From NCBI GenBank assembly GCA_002269645.1, contig NIVC01003468.1:32388-96387 (forward strand): DNA of 64,000 bases, in the 5' to 3' direction. Below are positions 39,301 to 49,230 of the stretch, one piece after another. The translations under genes and the position numbers were made by a program. The notes under the pieces are model-generated. The model was not told where the DNA came from and did not search any database. It saw nothing but the letters and a program-made list of their open reading frames with translations. Origin of the DNA: Macrostomum lignano. Its lineage: Eukaryota. The number at the start of each line of letters is the position of its first letter. The stretch's first letter is position 1.

Positions 39301-42300
39301 GTGATCTAACCACGGTGGGTTGAGAGTGATCTAACCACAGTGGGTTGAGAGTGATCTAACCACAGTGGGTTGAGAGTGATCTAACCACAGTGGGTTGAGA
39401 GTGATCTAACCACGGTGGGTTGGGAATGATCTAACCATAGTGGGTTGAGAGTGATCTAACCACGGTGGGTTAGGAATGATCTAACCACAGTGGGTTGAGA
39501 GTGATCTAACCACAGTGGGTTGAGAGTGATCTAACCACAGTGGGTTGAGAGTGATCTAACCACAGTGGGTTGAGAGTGATCTAACCACAGTGGGTTGAGA
39601 GTGATCTAACCACAGTGGGTTGGGAATGATCTAACCACAGTGGGTTGAGAGTGATCTAACCACAGTGGGTTGAGAGTGATCTAACCACGGTGGGTTGGGA
39701 ATGATCTAACCACAGTGGGTTGAGAATGATCTAACCACAGTGGGTTGAGAATGATCTAACCACAGTGGGTTGAGAATGATCTAACCACGGCGGGTTGAGA
39801 GTGATCTAACCACGGTGGACAGAGAGTGATCTAACCACGGCGGGTTGAGAGTGAGCTAATACTCACCAGCTTGATGTGCTCGTCGATGCGTCTGAGCGAG
39901 CGAAGGTCCGGCTGATCCCCGATCGGCACCAGAGGCCCGAGCTTATTCAATGTAGGAGAAGTGAAAGCTTTATTGTTTCAGCAGCTCCTGTGACTCTCAG
40001 TTCCTGTTTCACCAGCTCCTGTGACTCTCAGTTCCTGTTTCACCAGCTCCTGTGACTCTCAGTTCCTGTTTCACCAGCTCCTGTCACTCTCAGCTCCTGT
40101 CACTCTCAGCTCCTGTCACTCTCAGCTCCTGTCACTCTCAGCTCCTGTCACTCTCAGCTCCTGTCACTCTCAGCTCCTGTCACTCTCAGCTCCTGTCACT
40201 CTCAGCTCCTGTGATTCTCAGCTCCTGTGACTCTCAGCTCCTGTGACTCTCAGCTCCTGTGACTCTCAGCTCCTGTGACTCTCAGCTCCTGTGACTCTCA
40301 GCTCCTGTGACTCTCAGCTCCTGTGACTCTCAGCTCCTGTGACTCTCAGCTCCTGTGACTCTCAGCTCTTGTGACTCTCAGCTCTGCTGCGGGCTGGCTT
40401 TTGCCCGAGCAGATTTAAGTTTATTTTTAACTGAAGTATGATCATAGACTATTTCATTTGCCTGTATTGAGCACAAGAGCCTAACTAAAGGCAAACCGCT
40501 TGGAAATAAGTAAAATAAAATATAAAGTTAAACGTGGCCAAGCAGACATTGGCAAAAGAAAGGCCGAAGGTATTACGGCGCATATTCAGGGCATTAAGCC
40601 CAGTGTTTCAGTACAGACCTGTAACAGTGGCGTCGCAAGCACTCCGGATTTAAATGAAGAGCAGCGAGCACCAGCAATCGGCAGCAGCAAAGTCTGCGGG
40701 CTCACCGTCCCTCAAGCATGCCAAGGTTGTGACAGAAGCGCCAGCTCATCAACAACAGGCAAAACTGGCAACATCGCCGTCTCGCCAGCAAGCCAAAGTG
40801 GTCTCGGGAGCAGATGGCCTGGTCTCGGGAACAAGTCAACCGACAAGGAGTGCAAATGGACCAACGCGCGCAATGGCAGGTGCCATGGAGATCGAGCGCT
40901 TGGAGGTAGGAAGCAACTTCTCCAGGTGGTTCGACAGATTTTCAATCGTTGCGCAGTTCTATGCATGGGATGCGACAGCGATGGCCCAGATGCTTTTGAT
41001 GCGTCTTTCCACGGCCCTGTATGACTCACTGGCCGACCAGGCCTCGCCCAAGAAGCCTAGTGAACTGTCATTCACAGAAATAGAGCAGAGTCTGCGTGGT
41101 ATCTTGGTTCCAGCCACATTCGTCTTGGCGGAGAGATATTCTTTCCAGCAGTGCTCTCGGAAGTCTGGGGAGGACGTTCGCGCGTACGCAGAAAGAGTCC
41201 TAAAGGCTGCCGAGAAGTGCCAATTCAAGGATAAAGATGAACGGCTAAGAGACCAGTTCATCTGCGGACTGGCTGACCAAAATGTGATCGGCAAGCTGCT
41301 GGTCAAGGACCATCTGGAGCTCAGCTTCAAGGATGCAGTTTCTGAGGCCGAGGCACATTCAGCACTCGTATCTACAGATATTATGAAAAGCGCGCCGAGA
41401 TCCGAGAGAGCCGCGGTCATGAAAATAGGGATGTTCAAGCCCAAGTCCAGATCGCAGCCCAAAGGAGCAAACAGGCAGCAGTCACAAAGCCAAAGTTCAT
41501 CGTGTTTGCGCTGTGGAACTATCCATGGAAAGGAATCGTGTCCAGCCTACGGAAAGACGTGCCGTAAGTGTGGAAAGCAAAATCATTTCCAGAAAATGTG
41601 CCGTTCAAAAATTAATGTCACCAGCCAAAAAAGGAATGCTTCGGTTCAACACCTAAGCGAGCAGTCAGACCCTGTCTTCATGATTGGAGCAGTTTCAAAA
41701 GAAGCTGTCTCTCAGGATGCCATCACAGTAACACTGGATTTCTTGTCATCAAATGACAAAACATCAATTTCGTGCCAAGTGGACACCGGGGCAGCAGTGT
41801 CCGTCTTGTCAGATCGAGTCTGGAGGCAAATCGGTAGTCCAGAACTGCAGCCTAGTGGCATCAAGCTAACGGGATACACGGATGCGCATCAGTTCAAAAT
41901 GTTGGGCCATTTCATCGGCAAAGTTAGCTATCAAGGAAAAGTGCATCGATTACCTTTTAAAGTTGTTCGATCTGATCGCTTGTTCGCACTACTCGGTAGG
42001 GATGTTTTAACCATAGAGATTGACTTCGCGAAGGCATATGCAAGCGATGTGGCTAATGGCAATGCCGGGTTTCAAGCGAGGCTACAACTCATTCCGGATG
42101 CACAACCTAAATATATCAAGGCGCGGCCCATACCGTTTGCTTACAAGGATCGCTTGAAGGAGGAGATTGACAAGCTGCAAGCAGATGGAATCATTGAGCC
42201 TGTGACTTTTTCTCAGTGGGCATCACCAATAGTTATCGTCCCCAAGGCTGATGGCAGGCTAAGAATCTGTGTGGATTACAAGCAAACATTAAACCCACAG

Positions 42301-45300
42301 TTAATGAAGGATAGTCACCCCACACCGACTCCTGAAGAGGCTTTTGGTACAGTGGCAGGATGCCGGCTTTACACGATATTGGATTTGAAAGCCGCGTACA
42401 ATCAAGTTGAACTTGATGAGGATTCCAAACCTCTCACTGTCATGTCTACGCCCTTTGGGAATTATCAGTACAACCGTCTGGTGTTTGGGATTCGGACAGC
42501 TCCGAGCATATTTCAACGCTACATCAGCCATGTAATCCAGGGTATTGAAGGTTCAATCGCCTACGTTGATGATATTCTGATTGGTGGTGAATCCGAGAAG
42601 CAACTTAAATATCGCGAGGATCAAGTGAGAGAACGTCTTGAGCAGCATGGCCTTAAGGTTAACGAAGAGAAATGCCAGATTTGTCAGTCTCGTGTGCGTT
42701 TCTTAGGGTTTATCTTGGACAGTGGCTTGATTCGACCGGATCCTGAGAAAGTGAGAGCTCTTCGAGAGATGGAAGTCCCAGAGTCGATGGCAGAACTGGA
42801 ATCATTCATTGGGCTCGTCCGTTTTAGTGGACGATTTGTGCCAAATTTTTCACACTACCTTGAACCGCTAACTAGATTAATGTGCAAAAGAAATGATTTT
42901 CAATGGGGATCTGAGCAAGATGAGGCATTCATGCGGATCAAGTCCATGCTGACGGAAAATACAGCTCTGGCAAATTACGACCCGAAGAAACCTGTGACGT
43001 TGGAGTGTGACGCTTCCCAAAAAGGACTGGGCGGAGTTCTGATTCAAGACAACATGCCCGTTTTGTACATCAGCAAGAGACTGTCGGAAGCTGAGAAAAA
43101 ATATTCTCAGATCGAGAGGGAGGCTCTAGCAATTATCTGGTCAACGCAAAGGTGCCAGCGGTTTCTTGCAGGGCGTCACTTCACTCTAATCACGGATCAC
43201 AGACCGCTTACGTACATTTTTGGTCCAAACGAAGGCTTGCCTATGCGCGTGTCAGCACGACTGCAGAGGTGGGCGATATCGTTGATGGCTTTTGACTTTA
43301 CTATCGAATATCAGAGGTCAAAATTTATGAAATCAGATGCCTTGTCACGATTGTTAAGGGATGATACAGTGCAGACATACACCGTCGGGAGTATCGAACT
43401 ACCTTCAACAATCATATCTGCTGAGGAGGTAAAAAAACAATCAATGGATTGCCCAGAAATTTTTCTGCTGAAAGAAGCTATTCGGTCCGGTAACTTCAAC
43501 CATCCTAGTATTCGTCCTTTTAAGGCAGTTGCGGATGAACTAACGATTGTGTCAGACATTGTCATCAGGGATACGCGAATCGTTCTGCCGTAGAGTCTGA
43601 GGTTTTCAGCAATTCAGACAGCACACAGCACCCATTTGGGCATAGATCGAACTTTGTCACTTTTGAGATCCCAGTTCTGGTGGCCCGGTTTGGATAAAGA
43701 CGTGAAACAGCACATCGGAAGCTGCGTAACCTGTAAGATGGTTAAGCCACGCAATCGAAGCTTCCTGACATCTTGGCCAACAGCCACGGAGCCATACGAG
43801 CGTGTACATGCTGATTTTGCTGGTCCTATAGACGGCCAGTACTTGTTAATACTTGTGGATGCAATGTCCAACTACCCAGAAGTACATTTGACAACCAATA
43901 TGGAATCGTCGACAGTAATTTCCAGATTTCGAAGGACGTTTTCGCAGTGGGGCGTACCAAAGACTCTTGTGACTGATAATGGGTCCAGCTTCGTCTCAGC
44001 GGAGACAACGCAATGGTTGAAAGCTATTGGTTGCAGCCATGTAACAACACCTCCGTACCACCCTCAGAGTAATGGGGTGGCTGAACGATTTGTCCGTACT
44101 GTGAAAGAATCCGTGTCAGCATTAGGTTTGAGTCAACAAAACATTGACAGATTCCTGCTGTTTTATCGATCATCAAAAGGAAACGATGGCCGGACACCGT
44201 CGGAGAAGTTTTTAGGTCGAAACATTCGGACTCCTTTGATGTCGGATTTTTCTGGAGATGACGAGGTCGTGTACAAGACAGAAAGAGCTACGTCGTTGGC
44301 TAGAGTCGTCTTACCGACTGGTCGAAACACGGCTATTATCAAGCTCGACAACGGCGTGTACAAAAAGGCACACCGGGACCAGATGCAAAGTTTCCAGTCT
44401 GGTGGCGACAAGGGCACTGACTCGGAACAACTGGTTGCTGACGGTGCTAGTGAGGTGAATCAACCTCTAGATACGTTCCCTAGAGAACCAGAGCCGGTGC
44501 AGGAGCCGGAGCAGCAGCAACCGCAACCTCGGAGAAGTGAAAGACTGTTGACTTAGCCAAGAGTGCATTACAAAGAATGAACTGTAAACTTTTGAAGTGG
44601 GGAGGTGCTGCGGGCTGGCTTTTGCCCGAGCAGATTTAAGTTTATTTTTAACTGAAGTATGATCATAGACTATTTCATTTGCCTGTATTGAGCACAAGAG
44701 CCTAACTAAAGGCAAACCGCTTGGAAATAAGTAAAATAAAATATAAAGTTAAACGTGGCCAAGCAGACATTGGCAAAAGAAAGGCCGAAGGTATTACGGC
44801 GCATATTCAGGGCATTAAGCCCAGTGTTTCAGTACAGACCTGTAACAAGCTCCTGTGACTGCTCTTGTGACTCTCAGCTCCTGTGACTCTCAGCTTTTGT
44901 GACTCTCAGCTCTTGTGACTCTCAGCTTTTGTGACTCTCAGCTCCTGTGACTCTCAGCTTTTGTGACTCTCAGCTCTTGTGACTCTCAGCTCCTGTGACT
45001 CTCAGCTTCTGTGACTCTCAGCTCCTGTGACTCTCAGTTCCTGTTTCACCAGCTCCTGTCACTCTCAGCTCCTGTGATTCTCAGCTCCTGTGACTCTCAG
45101 CTTTTGTGACTCTCAGCTCTTGTGACTCTCAGCTCTTGTGTCTCTCATCTCCTGTGACTCTCAGCTTTTGTGACTCTCAGCTCTTGTGACTCTCAGCTCT
45201 TGTGACTCTCAGCTTTTGTGACTCTCAGCTCTTGTGATTCTCAGCTCTTGTGACTCTCAGCTCTTGTGACTCTCAGCTCCTGTGACTCTCGGCTCCAATG

Positions 45301-45442
45301 GGCACTTTCAAACACCGATGCTAATTACCCGCGCACCTTCGACTCGACAGAACTTGATCGAGTTCGCAACTTGGGCTACTGAGGTGTACGATTTACTTAC
45401 CGAATGAGGCGGCTGGGCCGCCGCACTGGCACCGCAGCCCAT
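36307..45442 (-). CDS. KY/hillarin-like transglutaminase-fold protein 1 (catalytic Cys absent), N-terminal MGCGAS
   Basis: Exons 45442-45401 (MGCGASAAAQPPHS, GTAAGT donor), 39941-39867, 38602-38487, 38358-38245, 38158-36307; phases 0,0,2,2 are compatible. Motifs IDEH, ELEKVRAVYMWITGNI, GFAK, HDWLAVRVDGKWGFMD, FYFLPAPEVFLSDHFP, then repeated beta-rich modules. First exon assignment is less certain. Confidence 0.85.
38655..39858 (+). repeat. 25-bp minisatellite TGATCTAACCACAGTGGGTTGAGAG, ~48 copies
   Basis: Fills KY-like-1 intron 2; variant block duplicated at a 400-bp offset (39035/39435). Confidence 0.96.
39980..40384 (+). repeat. 16-bp minisatellite CAGCTCCTGTGACTCT, left half (split by Gypsy)
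   Basis: Same unit resumes at 44848. Confidence 0.95.
40654..43593 (+). CDS. Gag-protease-RT-RNase H polyprotein of the Gypsy element
   Basis: Zinc knuckle region CLRCG..H..C and CRKCGKQNHFQKMC, protease VDTGA, RT RICVDYK..LN and YVDD, RNase H ECDAS..EREAL..TDHRPL. Confidence 0.95.
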   Translation: MKSSEHQQSAAAKSAGSPSLKHAKVVTEAPAHQQQAKLATSPSRQQAKVVSGADGLVSGTSQPTRSANGPTRAMAGAMEIERLEVGSNFSRWFDRFSIVAQFYAWDATAMAQMLLMRLSTALYDSLADQASPKKPSELSFTEIEQSLRGILVPATFVLAERYSFQQCSRKSGEDVRAYAERVLKAAEKCQFKDKDERLRDQFICGLADQNVIGKLLVKDHLELSFKDAVSEAEAHSALVSTDIMKSAPRSERAAVMKIGMFKPKSRSQPKGANRQQSQSQSSSCLRCGTIHGKESCPAYGKTCRKCGKQNHFQKMCRSKINVTSQKRNASVQHLSEQSDPVFMIGAVSKEAVSQDAITVTLDFLSSNDKTSISCQVDTGAAVSVLSDRVWRQIGSPELQPSGIKLTGYTDAHQFKMLGHFIGKVSYQGKVHRLPFKVVRSDRLFALLGRDVLTIEIDFAKAYASDVANGNAGFQARLQLIPDAQPKYIKARPIPFAYKDRLKEEIDKLQADGIIEPVTFSQWASPIVIVPKADGRLRICVDYKQTLNPQLMKDSHPTPTPEEAFGTVAGCRLYTILDLKAAYNQVELDEDSKPLTVMSTPFGNYQYNRLVFGIRTAPSIFQRYISHVIQGIEGSIAYVDDILIGGESEKQLKYREDQVRERLEQHGLKVNEEKCQICQSRVRFLGFILDSGLIRPDPEKVRALREMEVPESMAELESFIGLVRFSGRFVPNFSHYLEPLTRLMCKRNDFQWGSEQDEAFMRIKSMLTENTALANYDPKKPVTLECDASQKGLGGVLIQDNMPVLYISKRLSEAEKKYSQIEREALAIIWSTQRCQRFLAGRHFTLITDHRPLTYIFGPNEGLPMRVSARLQRWAISLMAFDFTIEYQRSKFMKSDALSRLLRDDTVQTYTVGSIELPSTIISAEEVKKQSMDCPEIFLLKEAIRSGNFNHPSIRPFKAVADELTIVSDIVIRDTRIVLP
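43594..44556 (+). CDS. Integrase of the Gypsy element, in frame behind a TAG
   Basis: HHCC (AHSTHLG..CVTC), RVHADFAG, LVTDNG, SNGVAERFVRT; same frame as the upstream polyprotein. Confidence 0.92.
   Translation, partial: SLRFSAIQTAHSTHLGIDRTLSLLRSQFWWPGLDKDVKQHIGSCVTCKMVKPRNRSFLTSWPTATEPYERVHADFAGPIDGQYLLILVDAMSNYPEVHLTTNMESSTVISRFRRTFSQWGVPKTLVTDNGSSFVSAETTQWLKAIGCSHVTTPPYHPQSNGVAERFVRTVKESVSALGLSQQNIDRFLLFYRSSKGNDGRTPSEKFLGRNIRTPLMSDFSGDDEVVYKTERATSLARVVLPTGRNTAIIKLDNGVYKKAHRDQMQSFQSGGDKGTDSEQLVADGASEVNQPLDTFPREPEPVQEPEQQQPQPRRSERLLT
44848..45295 (+). repeat. 16-bp minisatellite, right half
   Basis: Continuation of the 39980-40384 array with more CTTTTGT/CTCTTGT variants. Confidence 0.95.
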
Positions 45443-46499
45443 GGTGCAAACGAGTGAGTACTCTGCTCCAGAGGTTAACTGGCACCATGCAGCAACCCTG
45501 CAGAGCCAGAACTGCAACTATTGAATCCTTTTCAAGTGGAACCGAAGAGAGAGAGTAGTATTGAGAAATAATGCAGACGTTAGATAAGGTTGGCAAAAAA
45601 ACTTAGGTTAGCTATCCACTTATTCAACTTGTGCTAACTGATAGCTGCATGGTTACCAGCCCAATGTACTGGAGCAAGGCCCGGCCTGCATTATCACGCT
45701 TGGAGCATAGGTAAGCTACGCATAAAACTCAGATAATTGCTCGTAAAAATATGGCTTGGAGTTTAATTAATGAATAGAATTATACTTTCAGCGCTATCTC
45801 GCTAACTTGGAGTCAGATCGGAGTTTGAGCTCGCCAGCAAGCAGATGCGGGCAATACCTTTTTGGACCAAAGTATGCAATCGTAAAAATATTATAATGTC
45901 TACTAATAGACAACATGTTAATTATGTCTAGTGCAGTGACCCGGGTCGGTTCGACTGCCCAGCCCAAGTACTCGTACTATAAGGTGGTACCAGCGGGCGT
46001 TGTGACACTCTGCCAATGTGATATAACTGCTAACAGGCGTCATGACGCTCTGGGTACGAAGTTACTCGTTTTGGCGTGATGACGCTCAAAACTCGCGTTG
46101 CTCCTAGAGGTCTGGTATATGCTCTCCCTGGCGTTATGACGCTCTGGCAAGAAGTTACTGTAGCCTAACAGGCATCTCAGAAAAGAATGAGTACTCAAAG
46201 CAGGCGGCTTATCAGTGGCCGAGTTACCGAACGGTGACGCTAACTGATCAGAACAGGGGCGGACTTGCACGTAGGTCTCAGAGCGGTGCTGGACTTGCTG
46301 ATCTTTTGGCTTCGAGTCGATGTCTACTATTTACTTTTCTGGCCCGTTATCGGGGTAACTTAAATATTTCGTCTGTTTAATTTTAACTGAAACTGACTCG
46401 GAGAATTGCTCAGACCGCTGTGAGTCGTGTGGCGTCGCAAAAGAAAAGCGGGCGCGAGAAGGAAAAACAAGAGCGCACGATAATCAATACCGACACAGG

Positions 46500-46620
46500 C
46501 CTGGGGGGCAGACGGTCCCACCGGCCAAGCTCACCAATAAAAGAGACGCGGCCCGGCCAGCCAATCAAAACCCCGCCTTTTGAGAGGGTCGCAGCCAACC
46601 AACTCAGAGCACGGGCCAGG
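46500..46620 (-). promoter_or_regulatory. Candidate promoter of KY-like-1 (CCAAT and GC boxes)
   Basis: AGCCAATC and CCCCGCC within ~20 bp, ~1.1 kb upstream of the MGC ATG. Motifs only, no transcript evidence. Confidence 0.3.
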
Positions 46621-46938
46621 GCGCACGGCTGGGGAGGGGTACGCACAAAGCCAGACCTTGCCACTTACGCCAACCCCCCAGCCAGCCCCAAAGTGCAACG
46701 CACTTTTATATTTCATTCAATTTGCTCGTCTGCAGCGCAATCAAACCCGGTGCAAAAGTGGGTTAATAAAAAAATACGCTCGCACCTGCGGCTCTCAGCT
46801 ACATATTGAAGAGCTTTTACAGGCCTCTGAAGCCTTTTTCAACCTGCAGCTCATCTGGATCTGAACATCCGAGTCGGCTGGCAGCTCGCCAACTCGCAGC
46901 CGCTCCAGCCTCACGTGCTCAGTTTGAGCAGCCGTGAA

Positions 46939-47191
46939 GCAGATCGGGTACTGCACCGGCTGCTTCATCGGCTGCAGGTACTCAATGAGGAAGTTGGCCA
47001 GGAAGTCCTACTTGAACTTTTTTAACAAATAAAGCTTGTGGAAACCAGACTCGACCATCAGTAGGCTGAGCACAAGACGGTTGCCAGCCAGTTCTGGAAG
47101 ACAAAACTCCTGCATCGTCTGCCCAGAGGCGATTGAAAATTTTAGTCCACAAGAACAGAAGCCGCAGCTCCAACTCGCCGGATCGAGCTTG
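46939..47191 (-). pseudogene. Decayed fragment of a KY-like C-terminal module
   Basis: SGELELRL then, after a frameshift, LVLSLLMVESGFHKLYL..K*DFLANFLIEYLQPMKQPVQYP, matching AGEHELRL..ISLRMFEAGFHKLEL..AIFLIECFNPMEKRRPFP of KY-like-2; in-frame TAG at 47008-47010. Confidence 0.7.
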
Positions 47192-47981
47192 CAGCCAACA
47201 GGAGCAGATAATTCACCATTTTACCCTCGATTTTGAACAAGGAGAACTTCGAAACCGACAAAACTACTCTTCAATATTGACACTCTATGGTCGGGAACTC
47301 AAAATCTGCAATCAATATTGACAGATCAAGCTTCAATTTTGATCAACTCTGGTTCAATTTTGACAATGCACGTTTAGTCAACTTCTCCTGGGAGAATTCG
47401 GTAACAAAGTAATCCAATGCAAACCTGAACGGGGCTGAAGTTATCTGTGCAAAATCAGCTGATTCTGACCTTGCTTTTGGAATCTACTAGTACAATTATT
47501 GATAAAAAATGTTTTTCTCCATCATTTTACACACACAAACTAAAATAGCCTGACTGGTTGGGCCGCAAAGTCCGATTCTACTCGTATTTTGACAGAGTTG
47601 CTTCAAAACTGACACTCTATTGTTTGTGTACCCCAAAAGTCCGCTTCATTTTTGACAACTAATCAATATTGAACAGTTTTCAATCCACTCCTTTCCGTCA
47701 CTGATGTTGTGTTGCGGTATTGTATCTAAAGCCCTTGCTGTAAGTAGCCCCACCGCTACCCGATGCCCTTGAATCTGCAACACCATATCGTTTGATTGAA
47801 TTTGTTCAAGTTATGCTGTGATGTGTTCAACTGTGTGTTTCGTAGCTAGGGACATGACTGACGGAATCACAGATTAACATTGAGTTTTACTTTCTATAAA
47901 CGATGTTGAATTTGCTCTGTTTCTAAAATTGGTTACTTGCGTCTTGAATAAATAAATATACGTCGTACTTTCATTTATTTT

Positions 47982-48101
47982 GGTCAGTGTAATCGACGCA
48001 GTTGTCTATGGTCCAGACACTGCGTCTCTTATACACTGACCTGCTTTTTGTTCACGCAGCCCGCGCGTTGTTTAATGCATTCAAACCATAGACAACTGCG
48101 T
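47982..48101. other. Nested inverted repeats (hairpin/MITE-like)
   Basis: 17-bp perfect IR 47996-48012 / 48085-48101 (ACGCAGTTGTCTATGGT) overlapping a GGTCAGTGTA..TACACTGACC IR. Confidence 0.65.
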
Positions 48102-48383
48102 TTCTAACACAGTAACAAACACGAGTTAAAACACGCACGGATTGTGAAATTTGGAACTTCGTTGATTTAAGTCTGGAGATGATTAAGTTTGGGATTGTCA
48201 AGTTTGAGGATTTTGAAGCTTGGGATTGAAGTTTGGGGACTTCGAAGTTTTGAATTATGTAGTTTGGGATTGTTCAGTTTAGGGATTGTGAAGTTTGGGG
48301 ACTGTAAAGCTTGGGAATTCTACAACCGCCATAAAGTGTTTAAAAAGCTTACTAAATATTGGCGGCATTTTCGATGGTTTTTA

Positions 48384-48516
48384 TCTGTAAAGTTTCAGCT
48401 CCAACTGATATTGCAACAGGATACCGTACTGGAAAGGCTGACAATGCAAATTTATCCCAACTTTCAGCCTTTATAGTACGGCATAGCAGTATCAGTTGGA
48501 GCTGAAACTCTACAGA
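48384..48516. mobile_element. MITE-like element with 31-bp inverted arms
   Basis: TCTGTAAAGTTTCAGCTCCAACTGATATTGC (48384-48414) versus GCAGTATCAGTTGGAGCTGAAACTCTACAGA (48486-48516), 2 mismatches; no TSD confirmed. Confidence 0.55.
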
Positions 48517-49230
48517 CAGAAACTTACAAGTGTTCACAATGACAGAACTATTGAGTTTTGAACTTATCCGATGTGAGGGAGTGTCAGTGTGAGGGAGGGC
48601 TTTGGGCACATACGGACTCGTTGAGTAACCTTGACGAACTTTTAGCAAACTGAATTAAAGAAAGAAACAAATTCGTCCTGTGTCCCCCAGGAACCTGACA
48701 ATTTTCTTTAGTAATTCTGGAATAAGGCAGTAAGTATATTTAAAGAATATATTCGCAGAAAATTTAAAACAATTTTTGGGTTTCTGTTGTGTACCAGCAT
48801 CAGTAAAGTGGTAGATAACTTTAAATTGTTTTGTTTTGTTTTGTTAGGCACAAAAAATCCAAGATATGAAGATTAAGTACTCTTAAATTAGTGCTTCAGA
48901 ATAATATAATTTTTGATCTCTGAATATAGTCGTAAAAACTGGGATTAATAGAAATTAGTCCGAACTGAATTTGAACGCAGGGGTTGTTAGAAAAGCTTTT
49001 CCGGATAAATAAAGGAGGATAAAGATACAAAGTTACCCAAGTTACCCAAGACTTCTTTAGGATTTTCGCCATTCGAAAGAAAAGTAGTGCACTGCATGCA
49101 CGTACTGCATGGACTTCTTTTTACTGCATACAGCTGAATAAACATTAAAAAAATTTAAATAAACATCAAATCCCATGCAATAACTCATCTTCAACATTAT
49201 TGTCACGTTTTATCAGCTTGATTGAACTAG

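Larger units (their letters stand above)
40385..44847 (+). mobile_element. Ty3/Gypsy LTR retrotransposon, full length, young
   Basis: LTRs 40385-40626 and 44606-44847 (242 bp each, TG..CA, no difference seen by eye); TSD AGCTC at 40380-40384 and 44848-44852; PBS-like TGGCGTCG just after the 5' LTR; PPT GAAGTGGGGAGG at 44594-44605; domain order PR-RT-RH-INT. Confidence 0.97.

Noticed and set aside
5366-39858. CRISPR-like appearance of the 20-63-bp repeat arrays
   Set aside because: Units are head-to-tail without unique spacers, there are no cas genes, and the context is eukaryotic introns.
46429-46440. 12-nt match (GTGGCGTCGCAA) to the Gypsy PBS region
   Set aside because: No LTR ending in CA precedes it and no gag-like ORF follows; probably chance.
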